Below, one piece after another: positions 52,777 to 64,000 of a stretch of 64,000 nucleotides of DNA. The notes under the pieces are model-generated. The model had not been told where the DNA came from. It did not search any database and saw only the letters and a list, made by a program, of their open reading frames with translations. The translations under genes were made by a program, and so were the position numbers. The stretch covers positions 24,428,001 to 24,492,000 of the forward strand of contig NC_043004.1 in the NCBI RefSeq assembly GCF_006345805.1. The letters are read 5' to 3'. Source of the DNA: Octopus sinensis (Eukaryota). Within the stretch, counting starts at the first letter, position 1. Each line of letters begins with the position of its first letter.

Positions 52777-54022
52777 GTTAGAGTTACATATCTTTAAACT
52801 TCATATTGATGAAGGCAATCATCAGAAGCAAACATATATGAATGTATATGCATATGAAAATATGATTATACTATATGTATTTATGTGCGCAATTGGTTCA
52901 GTGGATGCATTTCAGTTCGAAGAACGCTAGAAATTTTTGAATTACGTTAAACTCTACGTATGTTTCACTTGCAGATTTATGTTTTATGTAGGCATTTAGA
53001 AATATTCATTGCTTTTCTTTTACTGTACGATATTTCTAGATTACATTTCGACATATTAAACATATTTCAATATAGCATTTCTTTTAACCAGCGTAGAATG
53101 AAACTGTTATAAGACTTATGGGTTTGCCCTCTCGATCTTCAAACAACAGCAGTCAAATTTCCCTACAGAATTAAAACAAAAGGTAGAGATGTTGCATAAT
53201 GTGATCCTCAATGTACTGGTTTAGAAACGAAGAGAAAAAAAATCGTAGTAGTCGTGGATGGAACGTCCTATATTTACAAGCTTTGGTAAAGCAACTACAA
53301 GACAGTTTTATTACAATCAAAAAGATGAAAAATAGATTTTTAAGAGATCCGAAAGTGTATCAATGATATTATTAAGTACCTCTGAAGTGAGATGTTTTTA
53401 TTCATACGGTAGAATGAACATGACGATTGATCCTGGGGAAGAAATCGATAAAAACTATATCACATAAATTTATGCTTCACTAAGTTAACAGAAATTAAAA
53501 GGAAGAGGAAAATAGAAGTTCGGCATTACTGCTGTTGGGAAACACTAGAAATGTTGTTATGTAGAAAAAAGTGATCAAAGGCATACACACCATTATTATT
53601 TGGTCCTTTTAAAGTATATAAACAAGAAATGTATCATTTTACTTGCGTATTCTGTGGTGTGGTGTGTGAAAACTTTGGTTGTCATTTCCAACAGATTAAA
53701 CGACCGAGGGAAGGACTCATTGTGGAATGTATATTTCCAATATTGAATCTTGTGTTTTGCTAACAAAATATAAATTATCCCGAGTTCGAATTCCACCTCC
53801 ATTTTCCCCATTCTTGAGGATAACAGAATAACAACACACACGTATATGAGCTCAGATGTGGTTGCATCGTTATGAAGTTTCACTTTTCAGGCATGTGGTT
53901 TTGGTTTTGAATTGACTGAGCAGCACCAATACGCAAGTGACTTCTATAACGACCACGAGATAATCAAGACATTGTAATCGAAATTTCCTACAGAGAAACT
54001 ATGTGAAAACATGTTGTGCGTG

Positions 54023-54069
<47 letters not shown>

Positions 54070-54274
54070 ATCGCAAATAAGAAAATGGAGGAGAACAATA
54101 GGTAGTTCATCAACATTTGGACATTAAAATGTGGACTTATTTATCAAACTGATAATTATAATAACATACATACATATAGCATATTATTCTTTACATATAA
54201 GATATAAGATATAAAAAATAGTAATATATAAGGATACCAGTAATTATTATAAAGACATGAATATAAATTGGTAA

Positions 54275-54369
54275 AATAACTTACAGCTGTTTCAGCCAAT
54301 AGATAAAAGTACCTCATTCTACCTATATTACTCAATGGATTGAGGTAATAGGTAGATGAACATGAGTAC
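54275..54369 (-). ncRNA. hammerhead 3' half with long stem-II hairpin; CUGANGA box lost
   Basis: Minus strand GAAAC-AGCU-GUA-AGUUAUU (palindromic ACAGCUGU), preceded by an imperfect hairpin at 54309-54369. Confidence 0.5.
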
Positions 54370-54431
54370 ATTATATTATGTTATCATATTATATTGTATC
54401 ATATATATATATATATATATAATATATAATA

Positions 54432-54476
<45 letters not shown>

Positions 54477-54659
54477 CATACTACATACATACATTCATAC
54501 ATACATACATACATATACATGTACATATATACCGTCTGATGAATCAGTTCTACCAGGCCAAAGCTCCATTCACTTTGGTGAATGTAAAATGCATCCCCTT
54601 ATATGTTATTAACACATTATATATATATATGTGTGTGTGTGGTGTGTGTGTGTGTGTGT

Positions 54660-54890
54660 ATGAGTACTGTTGCCCAATGTGGTCCCCTTCCATACGAAAC
54701 AACTCATTATGAAAGTAGAAGCACTCCAGAGACCCATAACAAGAAAGATAGACGGCATGAGAGATATTGATTATTGGGGTCGACTAAAAAGACTCAGCCT
54801 CTACTCTCTCCAGCGCCGCCGGGTGCGCTACATCATTTGTGTTATGTGGAAAATAGTCCATCAATATTACACAAAAGATGTTGGCATCAT
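54660..54890 (+). mobile_element. CR1-like LINE ORF2 C-terminal fragment
   Basis: EYCCPMWSP, then after a frameshift VEALQRPITRKIDGMRDIDYWGRLKRLSLYSLQRRRVRY..WKI. Confidence 0.85.
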
Positions 54891-55135
54891 AAGGGCAAGT
54901 TTCACAGGTTTCATTGGCGTATAGGTTCCCCACAGGTGAGCTGCTAGATGCGGGAGGAAAGAGTGAGAGAAATGTGCGACTAAAGAGTCAGCAGAAGTTC
55001 GCCATTGCCTTCTGCCAGAGCCGTGTTCAACTTAGTTGCTTCGCTTATAAACACATACATCTCCCGGTCTGATATTCGAATCCCGATACCTCCACTTCGA
55101 GTCTGCTGATATGACCACTAGGCTATGTGCCTCCA
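54891..55135 (-). mobile_element. diverged SINE family C-related copy
   Basis: Minus head tggaggcacatagcctagtggtcatatcagcagactcgaag...gggattcgaatatcagaccggg; body colinear with 25125-25417. Confidence 0.7.
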
Positions 55136-55140
55136 TTATA

Positions 55141-55182
<42 letters not shown>

Positions 55183-55217
55183 ATTTTGATATATATACAT
55201 ATATAAGTAACATATAC

Positions 55218-55400
55218 GATCGTGGGTTCGATTCCCTGACCGGCGGTGTATTGTGTTCTTGTGCAAAGCACGTCATTTCACGGTGTCTCAGTTAACTCAG
55301 CTATAAGTGGGTAATCTAGCGAGGAGAATCATTTGGTTTGACCAGCACGGTGGCATTATGTGAAAGCTATAATAATGAGAGGAAGTGCATTGTAACCATC
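55218..55400 (+). mobile_element. tRNA-derived SINE fragment (additional family, CORE-like start)
   Basis: B box ggttcgattccc followed by ttgtgttcttgtgcaaagcacgtcatttcac...actcagct. Confidence 0.55.
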
Positions 55401-55899
55401 GATTTATAACACCAATCGAAAGTCTGGTCGATACAGTGATATATATATATATATATATACACTCACACATATACATGTATTGTAGATATATAATATAGTT
55501 TTCGGGCTACACGTACAGTAACATCGACCAGATTGCTTCCAGTATAATACTTTGGTTATAACTGCACTTAGTTTCACTGGTAATGAGATACAGAGCAAAT
55601 GTTGTAAAAGTTGTGATAAACATAAGTTTATATCATTTGTATTTTTCTTAGGTTTCACCATTCTAGTTATGAGCAACTTCTGCATTACATGTTTCAAGTG
55701 CAATTGGATACTGAATCACAACGGATCCCCAAGGGTACTCTATATTATATTACCTTACAGAGATCACGGGACAAATACCATAAATTTTTGTTTATTGTTT
55801 TTCCTGTGAGAGAGAAAATGTGAGTATGCGTACATATATATATATAGATATATATATATATATATATATAATATATATATATATGCATCTAGACAGAGA

Positions 55900-55910
55900 G
55901 ACAGACGGTC

Positions 55911-56001
<91 letters not shown>

Positions 56002-56228
56002 CAGACAGGCAGACAAACAGACAGACAGACAGGCAGGCAGGCAGACAGATAGATAGACAGACAGATAGACAGAGCGATGGACAGACAGATAGACAGACAG
56101 ACAGACAGACTGATAGACAGAGCGATAGACAGACAGATAGACAGACAGACAGACAGACAGACTGATAGACACACAGATAGACAGACAGATAGACAGACAG
56201 ATAGATAGATATATATATAGAGATAGAT

Positions 56229-56309
<81 letters not shown>
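55900..56309. repeat. (GATA)n/(GACA)n compound microsatellite
   Basis: Direct reading. Confidence 0.95.
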
Positions 56310-57234
56310 CTGTCAAATAGGCCACTAAAAGTGTCACACATCTCACATCAGCTTGAAATTAGTACAAAATCCTCACCAAGAATTACAAACTTACAAATGA
56401 AGACTTAGTTCCATCCCTAAGAGAGAAATTAGATACACTATTTTTCTATTCCCATTTTACAACAAATTCGTCCCTGTCTAAAATCACCAAATAAAGAATA
56501 TTCGTCTATCAAGGTAATTTTGCTCCTTTTATTCATTCTTAAGGAGATATGCAGTAACATAAGCAATTTTCTTAGTAAGAAATATTAAATTTCTTCATTT
56601 TCACCATTCCCATAAGAACACAAAAGAAAATTAATAGGAAAATGGGCAATAATAATCTGTGAGAAAGGCATTATATATCAGTTGATTCGTGCTTAGTAGA
56701 AAACAGTACTAAATGATGAAGTTATTTCGTACAGAAATACGTAGGTGCGTTTTATTTAGTTTGTTTGTTTTTTTAAGAAGCTGAGTTTTGTAACCAATTA
56801 GAAAATATGTTTTCAGCCTTCTCAACTGAAATCTTCGAAGTAATATGGCAAAACATAATTCGGTTTAATCTTCTCCAAAATGCCTATTGATAGAACTATT
56901 TATTACTTTTGACAAAACGAACCAATATATCGAGGGAAAGGGTGTGCGGGCGATCGATAGTGTAGAATTGGCAGCTGCGTTTTCGTCGCTGAAATCCTAA
57001 TGTCTTGAAATGCGTAGGATACATTGGATAATGTTATCCAGGAGATGCAAACTATCAGGAGACAAAAGCATGGTGTTTATGACGGAAATTGTATTACTAG
57101 CCCATCCTGAAGGATCGGAGACACGAACGTTATAGCCCAAATAGATAAAAAAAAATATCGCATGCATTCCTGATGAGATATATGATATATCTATATAATA
57201 TTATTATAACTGTATAATATAATCATTATACAAC

Positions 57235-57510
57235 TGAATGCTGCTCAGCAACAGCCGTGTGGGCGCTTCCCGGTTGGATTCTACTGGATACTTTGGGAAA
57301 ACGTTATACTTTACATTCAACCAATCAAATTGCTGGGTTCCTCTAGACGGAAGCACAAACATATGAGTTATAATTACAATAATACCAACAACCTCAACAA
57401 CGACAATAACAAAAGCTACGCTACCTTCTTGATGTTCATAATATTAATAAATAGAGAAAAAATATATAACAAAATTAATTTCATTTGAGCTGTGGCGGCA
57501 GTTAAATAAA
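57235..57510. repeat. unclassified dispersed repeat, copy 1
   Basis: Colinear similarity to 63365-63620. Confidence 0.7.
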
Positions 57511-57514
57511 TACC

Positions 57515-57770
57515 TGCAGCGGTAAACTCATGGACATCATGAAACAGAGAAGGCCTACATCATTAGCATGCAACTGACTCGAACATGTTGAAAGAATGAA
57601 GGAAATTTGAAAAGAAATATTCTGCTTACAAGTAGTCAATGGTACGAGAAATAAAGGTAGTTCCCGGCTCAGATACAAAAAGGTTACGCACAGCCAAACC
57701 TCAACAGCCCACGATAGAAACTAGAGGATGACAATGAGCTGCCTCTGATATTTCGACTCACGAATTTGCA
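57515..57770 (+). mobile_element. decayed RTE-clade LINE 3' fragment
   Basis: LMDIMKQRR...EHVERMKE...KEIFCLQVVNGTRNKGSSRLRYKK resembles the RTE C-terminus (WLGHV.RM...G.R..GRP..RYKD). Confidence 0.6.
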
Positions 57771-58499
57771 TATGGCAATAATCGTTGACTATCAGTTGAC
57801 TGCCTGTGATGGTGATGAGATGATAAATATATTGATTACCAACATAGGTACAATACTAAACACTCCTATAGCAGATATACAGTTTTATTAACCCCAGTAT
57901 TTCTCTGATACTTAATTGCATTGATCCTGGAAGAAAGAAAGAAAGTTTAAATTGAATGTCGCAGTATTTGAACTTAAACCGTACGAAACTAAATGCTGGA
58001 AGGCATTTTGTGCGATGATATACCGGTTTTGTTATTCCATCTGCCTGTATTCAATATCTAATATAAACATTGATATATATATCATATAAACAGATAGTTT
58101 TTGATAAATGGAATTCAATATAATTAATATAATTTAAAAAGTATATAATATAATAAAGAGTATTTCAGAATCTAATTAAATTGTATTTAATTAATCTCAC
58201 CAGATCTGTAGACCAGACAACAGATAAAATACTGTGAACTTCAAAAGAGATTTCTTTTAGAAAAAATGTCCTTTGAAGCACAAAAACATTTTTTCCTAAT
58301 TTAATGAACTACATTTACCATGCAAGCGTTCTGAATATATTAACTAAATGCATTCAAGTGATTTTTGTCGCTTTAAACACCCTGCAAACAGGATTGGCAG
58401 GGCATGTGTGTGTGTGCGCACGTGTGCGTATGTGTGTGTAGGACAATTACAGCGTTGAAGATATATCAGTCATTCAAAACGACACAAAGACAGCTACCT

Positions 58500-58700
58500 T
58501 AAGCATTGTTAGCACGCCGGGGATAATGCTTAGCAGCATCTCATCCGTCTTGGCGTACTGAGTTCAAATTACGCTGGAGTCGATTTTGCCTTTTATCCTT
58601 TCTGGGTTCTTAAAATAAGTACCAGGTGTACACAACGGTCGATATAATATGCTCAACCCGTCCCCTGAATTTTTTGCCCTTTCGGCCAGAATTTGTATCT
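58500..58700 (+). mobile_element. SINE family A
   Basis: gttagcacgccggggataatgcttagc...gagttcaaattacgctggagtcgattttgccttttatcctttc...aaataagtacc. Confidence 0.8.
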
Positions 58701-59451
58701 ATTGTTTCACTGGTTTACAGAGAAACTGAGGCAAACATAGAAATAGTTGTTGTAACCTAATTTGAGGGGTACGACTTCAGATACAAAACCGGTTTTCACT
58801 CATCTCTAGTTTTTGAAATATACATTATTATGCCTTTGCGACAATTCACGTAACCATATATACGATCAATTATAGTTTTGCTTTCCAGATTTTTTGCGAT
58901 ACATATGATACATATGTCTACAATGCTTCAAGCACTTCAAAACACCAAGGATGCATCAACAAGGCAAATTCATTCTGCTAGGTTTGTGAGGATTTCACGA
59001 CAGTTGCACAGCGCCGAACGATTAGTTCCCTCCTGAGAACTGCTTGCCTTCATTATTTTTACTGTAAAATTAGACATCAGGACAATTCTTGGGCCATACA
59101 CATCTATTGTAAACCCTACTACAATGGTCTAACTGCGTAGTTTAACGGCAAGGAAGCAGCCTTCATAAGCAGCCTTCATCTTTGCTGTCCAGGTGGTCTT
59201 ATTTTTTTCTGTAATATGCCTTTGTAACAGATGAAATAAACACATTATCCTTTGAATTTATGTGCAGTAAGATTAAAATGGGATATGTGAAAGGATAAAT
59301 ACGAGAGGTGATAGAGCAAAAGCTGTTCAGAAATTTGAATTCACTGCAGCAAAATTAATAAAAAACAACTATTCACATCCTTGCATCAGAGCAAAATAAA
59401 CTTTGTTACCCAGTGTTATTATTATTGTTGTTATTATTATTATTATTATTA

Positions 59452-59489
<38 letters not shown>

Positions 59490-59531
59490 TATTATTATTA
59501 TTATTACTATTATTATGAAGGCGTCGAGCTA

Positions 59532-59569
<38 letters not shown>

Positions 59570-59632
59570 CTTGACAATCGGTCTTGGTGTGTTTACTTCC
59601 ACGTTACTTAACGGTTCAGCAAAGTGACCGAT

Positions 59633-61430
59633 TGTATAACATCGCTAGGGTTCTGTATTTTCTGCGAGACTTTCGTATCATCTGCGTACATAGCAAGGGT
59701 GGTTATCCGGGCAGCTGAGGGCATATCCGAGAAGGCAACTATGAAAAGCAGTGGTCCCAGAACAGTGCCCTCACTATTTGTGTTTTTTTAAGGTGGCTCC
59801 GTTGGCCACTACTGCCTGACTTCTATCTTTCAGAAAGTCATGTAACCACTCTCCAAGTTTTCCAGCTGCCCTAAGATCACGCAGTTTGTTGCATATCATA
59901 CCATGATCCACTTTATCAAAAGCTTTTACGAGGTCAAGGTATATTACGTCCACATTTGAGTTGTCCTAGTGCTGTAAGAGCTGGGTCAGGCAGCTCCTAC
60001 CTGGTCGAAAGCCATGCTGGGTATCACTCAGCAAGTTGTTTTCTTCGAAGAATGCAATTAGTTCCCCTCTGAATATCCGTTCCATAAGTTTGCTGATGTG
60101 TGAAGTCATAGAGATAAGCCTATAGTTTTTGGCATCTGCTCCCTTTTTTATGGATTGGGCATATTATCCCCTCCTTTAGTTTGCTTGGCAACCTGCCATT
60201 TCCAAAAATGCTCGGTAAGAAAATCTGTATTGGTTTCGCCAGGGCACGCTTACACGATTTGAGGAGGATCGCTTACACGATTTGAGGGCCAGCAGTTGAG
60301 TTTGTGTCCACCTCATATATGGCTAATAGAATATCTTCTCCGCTAATGTCGATGTAATCAATTGTAACTGCCTCGCTGGCTATAGGTCAGGTGGCAAAGA
60401 AATCCACTGATTTGTCTGTGTTCCAACGGCGTGGTAAAGACACTTTCGAACTGGTCATTCAGTACTTCACTGATCCTGGTTGGACTTTTGGAAGAGGGAT
60501 CCTATTTTGCAGCGTACTGAGGTTATTTCTTTGGCATAATGAAAGAAGGCCTTTGGGTTTTACTTATGTTTTTTATAACCTGGGCTTTTTTGTCTGCTCA
60601 CATAGAATTGTTATTGTAATTTTTCAATATCCATCAGTGTTGTTTTTAGGCGAGAACTTTCACTACTTCTGGAATATTGGTTGAAGCAATTTGCAACCTT
60701 CGTCTGTCGTCTCATGAGGATCTTCCTCTCCCTTTGAATCTTCTTCCTTTTTGTGTTGGCCTTATGCTCTGGGACATTGCTGGCATATGGTTTGCATAAC
60801 AGACAGGAAATATTCTAGTTTCATGCCAATGTCTAGTGTGGAACGACATTTCGGCCTGCCCTGCCTGAGGATCTCTTTTTGGATCGATTTCCAGTCTGCT
60901 TAGTGGAAGTTCAGGTTGGAGAGATTTGGGGTGCTTCCTTAAGGCTATATGTCTCCGAACGATGTTCATATTGTTTGTGAAGCAGAAATCGAAAATGTCA
61001 TTCGCTCTAGTTGCCCCATGAATAGGACATTGGTGAGGTTGAGCAGGGAATCCACCTGTGCTTGTTTGCAATGAGTCATTCCTGAGAGCATGGGGCCTTC
61101 GGACATTGGGGAAGTTGAAATCATCAATACAAAATACGCTCACGCGGTGTTCCAGTTTCATGAGAATTTCTTTAATTCTTGTAAGGCAATCTTCAAACTT
61201 GCCTATGTGCTTTGGAGCATCCGGTGAGCGATATGTATTGCATATTACTATTTTGCGTTGTCTTATGTATACAATTAAAGTGCCACATACTGAATTTAAG
61301 TATGATAGTAAAACCTGAGGTATGAGATCTTCACGGATGTATCCAGCAACTTCAGCATGGCTCCTTTCCCTTCTGTCTGTTCGCAGTATGGTATATTTTG
61401 GTACATGTACTTCTACATCCTCTATATCAA
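59633..61430 (-). mobile_element. CR1-like LINE ORF2 pseudogene (APE endonuclease and RT), internally deleted
   Basis: APE: PKYTILRTDR, IDDFNFPNV, ATRANDIFDFCFTNN. RT: NYRLISMTSHISKLMERI, QHGFRPGRSCLTQLL, DVIYLDLVKAFDKVDH, GTVLGPLLF, YADDTK (59671-59688). Confidence 0.92.
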
Positions 61431-62110
61431 GGCTCAGAAGAGCTGAGTAGAATTATTTTATATTTTTATTTTTATTTTATTGACTTAAATGGTTTTAGAC
61501 CCTTTCTCCCCTTAACCATCAAAATCCCTAAATGTAAAACTGGAAAATTTTCAAATTTTCATTATTATTTTATTAGTCTCATTTTATTTAATTTCATTTT
61601 ATTTTCTTTATATTTCTACTTTTCTTTTGACTTAAACGGCTTCGGGTCCCTTATAGCATGTATCATTCATTTATTTTACCCCGGAGAATAATGGTTTAAT
61701 AATAACCAGTCTTTTGTTTTTAAACACTAACAGACCAATTATATCTGGTCTACCTATTTTGGACAATAGGTGGATTGACTAAAATACCTACTAATAGTAA
61801 GTGAAAAATTATATTAAATGGATAAGCAACTTATTATGATAAATGCTGGTACTTAGTACTATACACAATCATTATTACTTACACTTTATTGTATTTTTAT
61901 TCCTCCTTTTTGACCTATCCTATTCGCGTAAATAGCTATTATTTTCCTAACCTATGCCTTCTCCGTTCATAGGAATACTCCACAAAATAACCCTTTTATT
62001 TTAACTTTTGGTCATTTACTTATCGTCCCATGGCTCTACACGCAACATGACATAACTCTCACCAGCTTCAACCTTTCCTTGTTCTCTTTTTATCTCTTCT
62101 TTTTATTATT

Positions 62111-62231
62111 TTCCACTATGATGAAGCTCCATGATGCAAATCGGTTTTATTACCAAATTGATAAATATTCTCTTTGTATCAAAATGGTAATTCTAAAGCA
62201 CATTGGCAGCAGAAACAGATGTTAGATGGGA
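62111..62231 (+). ncRNA. decayed type-I hammerhead motif with very long stem II
   Basis: UCCACU-AUGAUGA-AGCUCC...UUACCA..UUGAUA/UAUCAA..UGGUAA...GGCAGCA-GAAAC-AGAU-GUU-AGAUGGGA; AATAAA follows ~20 bp downstream. Confidence 0.55.
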
Positions 62232-62399
62232 TGCAGTCTTTTTGTAAATTATTAATAAATAATTATTGATGCAAATCAATTGTTGTTCACCAATATTCTC
62301 TCCATTTTCTGTTTTCTTTTTATACACATATAAACACATATATAAATATTTCTTACTCTTTTATGTTTCAGCCTTGAGGCTGCGATCATCCTGGGGCAG

Positions 62400-62737
62400 C
62401 GCCAGTGTAATCACCTTTCAGTTGGCCAATTTTATGGGATTGGCTTTTGGTGAAGGAGGGAGTTCGATACCGCTGCTTTCTTTTGAGATTCCCGCCTTGA
62501 TATTGGATAGTAACCTGTTTCTCGATAACGTCTACTCCCACTTCATCGAGATTCCTCAGGTGTTTTAGCAAGAAGTTAAATAGCTCCTGGCCCTTGGATT
62601 CCAAGCTATAGCAGTACATGGTCCAAGCCTTAGATGAGACAGCTGGGACTTTTGGAATAGTGCAATTACATCCATTTCGAGGACTGACATAACTCTCAGT
62701 TTAAAGTTTGATGCCAGCCCTTCCAGTATGTCCCATA
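62400..62737 (-). mobile_element. CR1-like LINE ORF2 extreme C-terminal fragment
   Basis: [11 protein letters not shown], then [17 protein letters not shown]...YCYSLESKGQELFNFLLKHLRNLDEVGVDV. Confidence 0.75.
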
Positions 62738-62759
62738 CATATACCAGTGTATACCTCTA

Positions 62760-62760
<1 letters not shown>

Positions 62761-62822
<62 letters not shown>

Positions 62823-62881
62823 CATACATACACATACATATATATACAAATATATACACATATATGTACACATATATTTAA

Positions 62882-62932
<51 letters not shown>

Positions 62933-63012
62933 TATATATATATATATATATATATATGCATATATATACATAAAAATACATATATATACACATGTATATA
63001 TAATATATAAAT

Positions 63013-63061
<49 letters not shown>

Positions 63062-63105
63062 TATGTGTATGTATGTACATATATATATATTTACACATAC
63101 ATATA

Positions 63106-63153
<48 letters not shown>

Positions 63154-63243
63154 TACACATATCCATACACATATATATATACATATACACACATACATAT
63201 ATACACACATGTATAAACATATATATACATTTACACACACACA
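62761..63243. repeat. compound (TA)n/(CA)n microsatellite
   Basis: Direct reading. Confidence 0.95.
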
Positions 63244-63364
63244 TGGATGATTACTGTCTTTAATAGTCGATCAAATCATTTCTTTTTGCACTGCTCACTT
63301 GCTTTAAGTTGGTAAGTTGACCTGCATAGATCATTACAGAAGGACGTTATTGATATTATAGAGT

Positions 63365-63620
63365 TCAATACTGCTCAACAGCAGCAGCCATGTTTGGGCG
63401 CTTCCTGAGGAAGATATATGATTAATCCTGTTTCATTCGACCGGATACTCTGGTTAAACCATATCGGCGAACATTGGAACTAAAATTACAATGATACTAC
63501 CATCAACAGCCACGCCAATATCACAGACAAGTCGATCTTCGCGGTGCTCATAGAATTAATAACTAAGAGAAATATATAAGAAAAGTAATCTCATTTGAGT
63601 TACGGTGACAGTTAAATAAA
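63365..63620. repeat. unclassified dispersed repeat, copy 2
   Basis: Shares ctgctca.ca, gggcgcttcc, ggatact.tgg, aattacaat.atac, aaatatataa and tcatttgag...cagttaaataaa with 57235-57510. Confidence 0.7.
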
Positions 63621-64000
63621 AAAAATAGAGAGATAAGAAGTTGTAAATGACTTTGCCAAGCAGTGGCGGTAACGAGACAAAAGAAATACTATAAGATAAA
63701 AGACAATAAACAAAAAATAAACAATAAAAGTAAAACTATAAAAAATCTCTTATCTTCATTATATATACTAACTTCACTGTCTAGTATTTTTTCCGTTTCA
63801 CTTATATACTCTTCCAGTCGTTAATCTCCAAGTGACCTGCCGGTTTTCTTTCATCTATTTTGTTAGTATCCATAATTTATTATTTTTTCTTTACCAATTT
63901 AAATCTGTCTCATCGTCTACCCTTACAAACTATCAATTCGTTATACACATTAATATATACGTTCATGACAAATTCTCTCTATACCAATTATTCCAGTCTA

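Noticed and set aside
55764-56346. (SIYL)n/(SVCL)n ORFs (also 5115 and 20936)
   Set aside because: Antisense translation of (GATA)n/(GACA)n repeats.
62266-62568. Plus-strand 100-aa ORF with an acceptor-like tttcag at 62371
   Set aside because: Better explained as the antisense strand of a CR1-like C-terminal fragment.

Overview
AT-rich, repeat-saturated eukaryotic DNA, intronic or intergenic, with no confidently identifiable host gene. The SINE families, LINE repertoire and very dense (TA)n/(ATT)n/(GATA)n microsatellites suggest an octopus (coleoid cephalopod) genome; this is inference from recognition, not a database hit. The window holds many tRNA-derived SINE copies (three main families, called A, B and C here), Tc1/mariner fossils, and decayed non-LTR retroelements of five groups: R4/Dong (several lineages, mostly beside (TAA)n), L1/Tx1, CR1-like, RTE and Penelope-like (PLE). 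Most long ORFs in the track are microsatellite artefacts. The most notable signal not covered by the ORF track is six dispersed minimal type-I hammerhead ribozyme motifs. One has an intact core and the rest are decayed; most have unusually long stem-II inserts and lie near PLE remnants or (TA)n tracts. Other observations: a non-coding ~540-bp element embedded in (TAA)n (candidate Dong parasite), a near-perfect 906-bp tandem duplication, a 21-nt templated insertion into a SINE, an interstitial (TTAGGG)3 at a LINE break, and a ~200-bp palindrome. Boundaries of decayed repeats are approximate and were set by eye.
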